Part shown: in pieces, positions 58,101 to 64,000 of the stretch
Numbering within the stretch: position 1 is the stretch's first letter
Layout: the number at the start of each line of letters is the position of its first letter
NCBI GenBank assembly: GCA_964016885.1
Contig: OZ024740.1
Coordinates: 377,952,001 to 378,016,000, forward strand
Source of the DNA: Eledone cirrhosa
Taxonomy: Eukaryota
DNA: 64,000 bases
Reading direction: 5' to 3'
Program-made: the position numbers and the translations under genes
Notes under the pieces: model-generated
Seen by the model: only the letters and a program-made list of their open reading frames with translations
Told to the model about the DNA's origin: nothing
Databases searched by the model: none

Positions 58101-58229
58101 TAGTATTTAAACTTCCCCACCATGATATAGGTGCTGCCGTTGTATCAGAGATGGTGGAAAAAATCCTCAGAGCAAGTGCAGCAGAAATATTGTATACATG
58201 TAAAGATTTATTGCTGCCATCATTCACAT
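36302..58229 (-). CDS. NAALADL2: Inactive M28B peptidase-family protein (NAALADL2-like / GCPII- and transferrin-receptor-related); spliced CDS, 5'-partial, 8 exons in window
   Basis: Exons 58229-58074, 57730-57632, 56981-56728, 54142-54008, 45370-45185, 41658-41454, 38753-38561 and 36449-36302 have AG/GT boundaries and compatible phases. The joined protein is collinear with GCPII/PSMA from the end of the PA domain through the peptidase and helical domains. The family assignment is strong; the exact ortholog name is less certain. Confidence 0.8.
36700..37135 (+). mobile_element. Old, heavily deleted RTE remnant
   Basis: Patches similar to the 16.2-kb RTE (tctgttcttagccctctcctgtttatc; catgggaactcctatatcctgatgatcta; tgggtacacaagagatgtagtgggatc). 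Confidence 0.75.
37395..37690 (+). mobile_element. 5'-truncated SINE family B joined to an RTE-type tail
   Basis: tcacattgctccagtttactcagctg...ggaagggcatccagctgtag...cccatgctagcgtgaaagaacggacgtaaaac. Confidence 0.8.
37700..37925 (-). mobile_element. 3' end of the 16.2-kb RTE family
   Basis: Reverse complement of ~19010-19400 (ccactcttgcctcaagtgggaaaac..ccgtccaaacccatgcaagcgtggaa). Confidence 0.85.
38050..38445 (+). mobile_element. Old RTE RT-region remnant
   Basis: SEIVAVVLK..INQIIHSGVIPNDWCSSILINYYK; AQLIKERVKLNEMQFGF. Confidence 0.8.
38561..38753 (-). CDS. M28B-like gene exon (helical/dimerisation region)
   Basis: ttttttag|AT GCC CTC...ACC AG|gtattc; (N)ALSDAMSRILSLVGTINHPTAFKHLNIPPKSNGFNKKFVHSQWSKKDCQHESLVLHKILAPLT(R). 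Across the junction SF-NALSDA aligns with GCPII SFDSLFSA. Confidence 0.78.
39848..40030 (-). mobile_element. tRNA-derived SINE family A with 12-bp TSD
   Basis: TSD cagagaaataat on both sides; the body matches 46040-46225. Confidence 0.9.
40086..40412 (-). mobile_element. CORE-like SINE, alternative-tail subfamily
   Basis: Reverse complement of the 53531-53870 type (gggtaaagacccc...tgaccat.ggattt.cacctagaaagtt; gtgtcttgctcaagaacacaac). Confidence 0.8.
41454..41658 (-). CDS. M28B-like gene exon
   Basis: tttgcag|AAG CAG AAT...TCT TTT A|gtatgt; KQNEIKMEPDSVHHFRYHMAVARVSSLVLLALTDGVGNVYSVVDLVTGVEQQIGHFVEKCRNNKNLSF aligns with GCPII [20 protein letters not shown]. Confidence 0.88.
41847..42033 (-). 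mobile_element. SINE family A with 14-bp TSD
   Basis: TSD ctttatcaaataat on both sides. Confidence 0.9.
42410..42710 (-). mobile_element. SINE family A variant with a different 3' tail
   Basis: Central gatgaaaggcaaagttgacc block, plus a tail gagtcgtagaggcaccat...gtctagggcat also seen (reverse) at ~60420-60462. Confidence 0.65.
44764..45148 (+). mobile_element. Two head-to-tail SINE family A copies
   Basis: Both begin ggcggtggattggcagtatc. The second is flanked by TSD attatatatcttaatagaa. Confidence 0.9.
45185..45370 (-). CDS. M28B-like gene exon
   Basis: ttttcag|GTT CCT GAT CCA...ACT AAG|gtatct; VPDPDEKELSIFATNFYQKPDFPLPLTATDTLVPLSDTHTEIMSKWVPSIQFTCKYAPEITK (cf. GCPII LKSPDEGFEGKSLY...GIASGRARY). 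Confidence 0.85.
45845..46362 (+). mobile_element. Three head-to-tail SINE family A copies
   Basis: Each is separated by the duplicated target attattaccgt(ata). B-box gagttcaaatcc; central gttgactttgcctttcatccttacggggtcgataaaataaagtaccag. Confidence 0.92.
46368..46497. mobile_element. Tc2-like element left end
   Basis: taccgtatattctcgaatataagccg...ttttcaccaacttcaaattctacataaataaggtgctaaaatat matches 28674-28815. Confidence 0.75.
47716..47841 (-). mobile_element. Short CR1/L2-type 3' end
   Basis: (AAT)n then gaaattattgtgtacagtgctcaggtgcactacaactc. Confidence 0.85.
47866..48010 (-). mobile_element. 5'-truncated SINE family A inserted in an (AAT)n LINE tail
   Basis: tgtttctactttaggcataaggccagc...atgctggaaagc is flanked by (AAT)n on both sides. 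Confidence 0.88.
50891..51297 (+). mobile_element. Solo LTR inserted into the LINE ORF2
   Basis: TGTAG...CTAAA (CTACA with one change); TSD (a)gatg on both sides; CCAAT box at ~50952 and AATAAA at ~51207. Removing it restores NKIHLFESYVRSVDPD. Confidence 0.8.
51400..52696 (-). pseudogene. LINE ORF1: PHD-like finger, Gln-rich linker/poly-Q, coiled coil, C-terminal domain; frameshifted
   Basis: CHIC...WVECGTCHISVCLQC...WSFHCLAC; 43 Gln codons at 52150-52022; continues in another frame as DFAELQLMISALRREV...RLGRPGPKPRLIRLSF. Confidence 0.75.
52022..52150. repeat. (CAA/CAG)43 trinucleotide repeat
   Basis: Mixed TTG/CTG run on the + strand, 129 bp. Confidence 0.97.
53531..53870 (+). mobile_element. 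CORE-like tRNA SINE, alternative tail
   Basis: tgacttagtggttagagc...gagtttgattc...cttgagcaagacactttatttca..ttgctccagttcactcagctg; ends gaagggggtctttaccct. Confidence 0.85.
54008..54142 (-). CDS. M28B-like gene exon
   Basis: tccttag|AGA AAT AGT...AAT ATG|gtatgt; RNSYILNSRGVGYIDLMDMAGKWCNHFTTHTDNIATALILKAMNM aligns with GCPII ENSRLLQERGVAYINAD; absent from the ORF track. Confidence 0.9.
54614..55872 (-). mobile_element. CR1/L2-type LINE, 5'-truncated (RT C-half + 3' end)
   Basis: VVYLDFVKAFNSVPH, GVPQGSVLG, YADD; (TTA)n tail. Confidence 0.95.
56050..56347 (+). mobile_element. Degenerate RTE 3' fragment
   Basis: gagaaaagattgcgttggtac.gacatgtgatg...agaggtagaccaagaaagacctgg...ggaaaaacagccataaaatgatgatg. 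Confidence 0.75.
56728..56981 (-). CDS. M28B-like gene exon (degenerate active-site strands)
   Basis: ttctgcag|AC GAG ATG...CTT AAG|gtaact; (D)EMVLIGAQRLYGTAASETLPILNGSISTLFQMASLSSTAMLLELIHSLLHVRKLEGWYPQRTIKFYSWGTVTGSDEVGVQEYLK (cf. GWRPRRTILFASW). Confidence 0.92.
57632..57730 (-). CDS. M28B-like gene exon
   Basis: tttccag|TT GAT GGA...TTA CCA G|gtaact; (V)DGLCTLHLKFSSCLKTITVSNVEGTLYGKNLP(D) aligns with GCPII IYNVIGTLRGAVEPD. Confidence 0.9.
58074..58229 (-). CDS. M28B-like gene exon (end of PA/apical domain)
   Basis: ttttcag|AT GTG AAT...CAT TCA G|gtacta; VNDGSNKSLHVYNISAALALRIFSTISDTTAAPISWWGSLNTTYNTGASHS aligns with GCPII IPVHPIGYYDAQKLL...SWRGSLKVPYNVG. Confidence 0.9.
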
Positions 58230-58451
58230 CTGAAAAATTAAATTCCTCTAAAATACAAAACAAGTTTAAAAGTTAGTAAACATTAATATACATACAACAA
58301 ATATTTTATATATATATATATCTATATATCCCTATCCTTTTTATTTTTTATTATTATTTTTATTTTTACTTTCTATTTTTCTATTTCTTATTTTTTTACT
58401 TTTTAACTTCCCTCCTTACTCCTCCTCAGAGTTCCTGTTCTCCCCATATCC

Positions 58452-58495
58452 GAACTTTCCTGATGAAGGACTTCTGTCCGAAACATTGAAACCTC
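58452..58495 (+). ncRNA. Minimal type-I hammerhead ribozyme motif (Penelope-type) in a short repeat remnant
   Basis: TTTC-CTGATGA-A-GGAC-TTCT-GTCC-GAAA-CATT-GAAA has intact core boxes, a 4-bp stem II and stem I TTTC/GAAA. Stem III reads ACAT where the palindrome ACGT is expected. Confidence 0.7.
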
Positions 58496-58744
58496 CTCCA
58501 CTTCCACCAAACGTGAACCTAATATAACTGTGAACAATTTCCTCCTGTGTTTTGTTCGTTCATTTTCAACTATATATATATATAAATGAATATATACATA
58601 TACCATTGATAAATGTTCAAATACTGAAAACCAAGCCTAAAATTATTAAATATAAACATTATTAAGCAAATCACTAACATCTTTATTCTTAATTATTAAG
58701 AGAATAGTAGTTAAAAATTAAATGTACCGATGTAAATTTATATA

Positions 58745-59894
58745 TGTGCCACACAAAAGGCTTATGGCAAAACTCTCTGCAATGGGTGTGAAGGATGATC
58801 TTTTTAACTGGTTGAAGTCCTTCATTATCAGTCGAAGAGAGGTAGTCACGGTTCTGGGACAGCATTCCTCATCATATGAGATGTCATCTGGTGTACCACA
58901 GGGATCTGTTCTTGGCCCCTTTTTGTTTGTGGCATATATTAATGACATAGATGCCAACTTAAAGAATGCCACAGTACTAAAGTACGCAGATGACATCAAG
59001 CTGTACCTTGAGATAAAAAGGACAGATCCTGAACACTATAGATCTTGCTTGCAGTCTGACCTGGACACAATGCAACAATGGATCTCAGACTGGCAACTCA
59101 AGCTAGCTGTGGACAAGTGTACCACCATGCATTTTGGGAGTAAAAACCCAGCGCCCACAAACTCCCTCCACAGCACTAATATCAAGAAGTCTTCTTGTGA
59201 ACGTGACCTGGGCATTACGGTCAGCAGTGATTTGCGTTGGACGAAGCACATCTCTAAAATTGTCAAGAGGGCTGAGGGTGTCTTAGCATCACTCAGCAAG
59301 ACCTTTGTCAGCCGCTCTCCAGCTATCTATTTAAGGTTGTACATGGCTATGGTGCGGCCATACTTGGCATTTGCATCACCAGTCTGGAACCCCTATCTTG
59401 CTCAGAACATTGACCGCCTGGAAACTGTTCAGAGACGTGCAACCAAGCGAATACCCTCCATCAGGCATCTACCATACTCTGAACGCCTTGCTTCCCTGGG
59501 CATGGATACATTGAAGCTCCGACGCCTGGCAACTGACTTGGTAAACACCCACAAAATTGTTAACCATCTTGCCAACAACAACCCTGAGTACCTTTTTGAT
59601 TTCCATGTGTCTAACACAAGTGGACATGCCCACAAAGTCAGAAAACAGCACAGTTGCCATGACTTTCGGAAACATTTTTTCACGCTCAGAGTTGCTGAAG
59701 CATGGAACAAACTACCTGCATCAGTTGTTAGCTGTCGAGACACTGCATCCTTTAAAACCTCCATGCTTCCCAAGATTCGCCAACACTACACCTAATGTTC
59801 CCCCTCCATACACATACACACATGTATATCATGACTCATACACTATTCACTTCCCTGACATTTGTATATTATTCTATGTACTATACATGCACCT
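58745..59894 (+). mobile_element. CR1/L2-type LINE, 5'-truncated, open to the natural stop at 59795
   Basis: VPHKRL...GVPQGSVLGP...YADD...VWNPY...AWNKLP; an inverted near-identical partner of 54614-55872. Confidence 0.95.
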
Positions 59895-61027
59895 ATCATT
59901 ACCATCATTGTGTAATGTCTATTTTCCATGCTTGCATGGGTTAGACAGGTTGTTATTGTGAGACAAGTTAGTTAACTACATCTAGTTAACTACATCTTGC
60001 TTAAGCAGATCTGTATTTTGGCTTGGTTTCTATGGCTGGATGCCCTTCTTAATATCAACCATGTTAGTGTAGACGGTGTTTTTTCCAGTGTCATCAGCAT
60101 GACACATAATATATAGAACTTATGATGATGATGTATATATATATTTCCATTGTCTTTGTCCTGTTTTGAATTTATCATGCTAGCATGGAAAATAGACATT
60201 AAACGATGATGATGATGAATCTAAAGTCTTAGGCATAAGGGCTTTTTTTTAAACTATCATATATATATTTGCTTTTCATCCATTTAAGGTCGATAAAAAA
60301 AGTACCAGTCAAATACTGGGGTCAATTCTTCCTCAGTATCTCTCTCTCACTCTATATCCTTCTCTTGAAGAAATCTGCTGTATTCAAAACTGGAGAGGAG
60401 ATGGGCTTTGCCAAGTTAAAAGATGCCCTAGAAACATGTCAATATGGTGCACCTACGACTCTATAGATATATATATAAATATACACATACACACTCATAT
60501 AGAAATAGAGAATAAAAGATAAAATATTAGTCAAGTAAGACCTAAATCCAATTGGGTAACTGGGTACTTGACACTTTAAAAAGTAGATTATTCATAAGTC
60601 ATTAATCCAGCAATCATAAAAGACCCAGTCAAAACACAGTTCCACTATGAGCAAGGTATGGTATGGCCAACTGGCTAGACCTGTCCCATAACGGTACCAC
60701 CCAGTTACACACTGTAAACATGGTTGGTATTAAAGCTACCAGCAGCCATACAAACCCAGTCATAACATGGTCATGTTATGAGAAAGGTACGGTGTGGCCA
60801 ACTGGCCAGACTCGGCTGATGAATAGAACCACCCAGTCCCTCGCAGTAAACATGGTTGGTGTTAGGAAGGGCATCCAGAAACTGTAAAAAACCAGGTAAA
60901 ACATGGTTACACTATGAACAAGATAGGGCACAGCCAACTGGCCAGACTAAGAGGCCCATCTAACCCATACAAGCATGAAAAAGATACATGTATATATCAT
61001 AATTATCATCATTTAACATTTATGTGT

Positions 61028-64000
61028 ATCATCATCATCATTTTACGTCCACTTTTCCCTGCTTGCAAGGGTGGGACGGGTCTTATTCAGCACAGCATCT
61101 CTCCACTTGTCATGGTCCTTTGTCATCTTCTCCGTGAGCTTCAGCGATCTGAGGTCCGCTCTCACCACCTCTGCCCTTGTTTTTCATGGTCTTCCTCTAC
61201 TACGTCTTCCTTCAACTGGCATTTCTTGGCACTTCTTCACCCATCGGTCATCCTCCATGCGCATCACATGTCCATACCATCGCAGTCTCCTCTCCCGCAC
61301 ACAACAACTTATCCCTCTCAGACACAGCTTCTCTCTCAACACATCCATGCTCGGCCATTCACGCTCATTGACATTGCACATCCAACGAAGCATGCTTGCC
61401 TCATTTCTCTCCAGCCATTGCATATCCTCCGCAGTTCTGCCCATGTCTCACTAACATGCAGCATCGCGCTACTCACACAGGCATCATACAACCGGCCTTT
61501 CGTACGCAGCGAGAAACCCTTCTTCGTCAGCAGAGGAAGCAGCTCCCTAAACTTCTTCCAACCCGTCCTTATTCTAGATACTATGGCCTCGGAACACCCC
61601 CCTCCCTCCTATGCTAATCTAATCACCTAGGTACCAGAAGCTATCCACCACTTCTATAGCACTCACCTGCATTTGAAAAATGTGTCTATCAATGCGACTT
61701 CTACTGTCAAATTTCCCTGTACATCCACTGCATACGTATTTCTCCCTACCTGTTAGTTTGCCTACTATCCCACTACATCACTTATGTACCAAAGATCTGC
61801 ATTGTGTACATTTTATAGAATTTATGCCAGTTCCTTTTTTGCATATGGCCATTTCCCTGAAGGAATCAGAGTTTTGTCCTCTTTTCTACTCATCAACACT
61901 TTTGTCTTAGCTAGGTTCACTCTCAGTCCTCTTGCTTCCAACTGCTGTTTCCATAGCCAGAATTTATTCTATAGCTCCTCTACTGATTCTGTTATAAGAA
62001 CCAGATCATCAGCATAGAGAAGTTCCCATGGACAGCCAGTCTTAAACTCCTCTGTTATGGCTTGGAGGACTATAATGAACAAGAGCGGGCTGAGGACCGA
62101 ACCCTGATGTACTCCTACTTGTATCTGGAATTCCTCACTAAACTCCATTCCTACCCTCACTTTACTGAGAGTATCTCTGTACAAAGTTTGCACTGTCCTC
62201 ACAAGCCATTCCTCAACACCTAGCTTCCTTAGGAACCACCAGATGACAGATCGGGGTACCCTATCAAAAGCCTTCTCTAGGTCAACAAAGGTTATGTATA
62301 GTGGCTTATTTTTCTCTAAGAACCTCTCTTGCAATTGTCTCACCAAGAAGAGGGCATCTGTTGTACTCTTCCCATGCACAAAACCAAACTGCATCTCATC
62401 TAGTTTGACCCTTTCTCTAATTAGTTGTGCTAATATCCTTTCTGCCACTTTCATAACCTGATCTATCAGTTTTATACCCCTATAATTGCTCCTCTCCAGA
62501 GCATCCCCTTTACCTTTGTAGCAATTTATGAGAATACTGCTGCACCAGTCTTTGGGTATGACACCACCATATAGCGCCTGATTGATGATGCGTGCAACCA
62601 GTTTAGTGCCTACGTCCCCTGATGCCTTCAGCATCTCAGCAACTATTCCCGATGGTCCAGCAGCCTTACCATTTTTCATTTCCCTAATCGCCTCTTGGAC
62701 CCTATATTCATCAATCTCAATAGCTGGTCCCTCTGTCGGATCTACTAAGGGTAATTTCTCTCTCGCCCATTCGTTCTCCACATTCATCAGTCTCTCATAA
62801 TGACATTTCCAGGCCTCCTTTTTCTGATCATTCGTGACACTAAGTACACCGGCATCATCCCGGACACATTTATCTCCAACAACATCCTGATTTGCATTGA
62901 CACACTGCCTTGCAATGTGGAACACCGCACGCCTCTGATCTTCCCGTCGCAGAACATTGGCAAACCTCCTACTCTCCGCCTCCCTGCGTGCTAAGTACAC
63001 CTGACGTCTAGCTTCTCTCTTAGTGGCTGTATATTCTTCCCTACACCCACCCTTTTTCCAAGCCTTCCATGCTAGTCTTTTGTCTCTAATGGCCTTATCT
63101 ACTGTGCTGTTCCACCACCAGGTCACTCTCTGTCTGGTTGGAGCTCTGCTCCAGCCATAAGTTTCATCAGTAGCCTGCAGCAAGTTGTCACGTAAGAAAT
63201 TCCAGTTATTATCTATGTCATACGCCTCTAAATCGTCTTCTTTTTCGTCATACACATCTTGAAGGGCTTTCCTAAATTTGAATTTTAGTGAAAGGTCTTT
63301 TAGCTTCCAGACTTTTCTTCTCCACACCTTCCTATATGTCTCATTCCATCTCTTGCTTACTGAGATATCACTAACAACTAACCTATGCTGTGGGGGTACA
63401 TTCTTCCCCAGGATATGCCTTGGTATTGGACACTATCTGCCTGTCCCGCTGCCTAACTAGTAAGAAGTCAATCTGGCTTATGTGCTCACCAGATTTGAGG
63501 GTTATTAGATGATTGGCAGGTTTCTGGAAGTTTGTGTTGCAAATAGTCAATGTACCTGCATCACAAAATTCAAGAAGTCTCACTCCTTCTTCATTTCTTG
63601 AGCCGTAACCGTGCCCTCCATGTACCCCAGTGTAACCATCCTGGAGCTGTCCAACATGACCATTGAAGTCTCCTGCTAGCATAACGATGTCTCCGTCCTC
63701 TGTCATTGCGGTTGTTTGTAAAAGTTGCTCGTAAAAGCAGTCTTTCCCATCTTTGCCTAGGCCTGCTTGGGGAGCATAGGCCGAGATGATTGTGAGTAGT
63801 CTCCTGCCTACAACTAATCTAAGCTTAATTATTCGATTACTAACTCGAACTACCTCTATTGTCTTATTGATCCATTTCTCAGCCAGGAAAATGCCTACTC
63901 CCCCTAACCCATCATCCTAACCTACCCAGAATAGCTTATAGCTAAGACGTTTGCCTACGACTAGTCTCGCAGAGGCACCTCTCCATCTCACCTCTTATAT
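61028..64000 (-). mobile_element. Second RTE-clade LINE family, decayed, continuing beyond the window
   Basis: [69 protein letters not shown]; several stops and frameshifts; (GAT)n tail at ~61028-61041. Confidence 0.95.

Noticed and set aside
59969-59997. Short tandem duplication tagttaactacatct (similarly aacatagaatataacatata at ~41296-41334)
   Set aside because: Ordinary slippage duplications with no sign of function.

Overview
AT-rich, repeat-dense animal genomic DNA. The SINE/LINE complement and (TA)n/(ATC)n/(AAT)n tails point to an octopus or other coleoid cephalopod (inference). Two convergent, intron-rich host genes can be spliced by hand. (1) On the + strand are five coding exons (10917-24459) of a DRAK/STK17 death-associated-protein-kinase-family kinase; its 5' exon(s) were not found in the window. 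(2) On the - strand are eight coding exons (58229 down to 36302) of an M28B (GCPII/PSMA-NAALADL2-transferrin receptor) family protein that has lost its catalytic zinc ligands; its 5' exons lie beyond the right end. Almost all long ORFs in the ORF track belong to transposons. These comprise two RTE-LINE families with a PHD-like finger inside ORF2, a near full-length CR1/L2-type LINE (PHD + 43-Gln ORF1, interrupted by a solo LTR) plus truncated copies, two Penelope-like GIY-YIG elements, a hAT-Charlie element nested in a Tc2-like element, piggyBac-like and hAT MITEs, a Helitron-like remnant and two tRNA-SINE families. The most interesting signals are the dead, TfR-like M28B protein; long inverted LINE pairs bracketing 3-exon cassettes in both genes (dsRNA/editing/circRNA candidates); minimal hammerhead ribozyme motifs; a nested hairpin downstream of the kinase stop; and serial SINE insertion at one target motif. 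Coordinates were read by eye, TE boundaries are approximate, and no alignments or searches were run.
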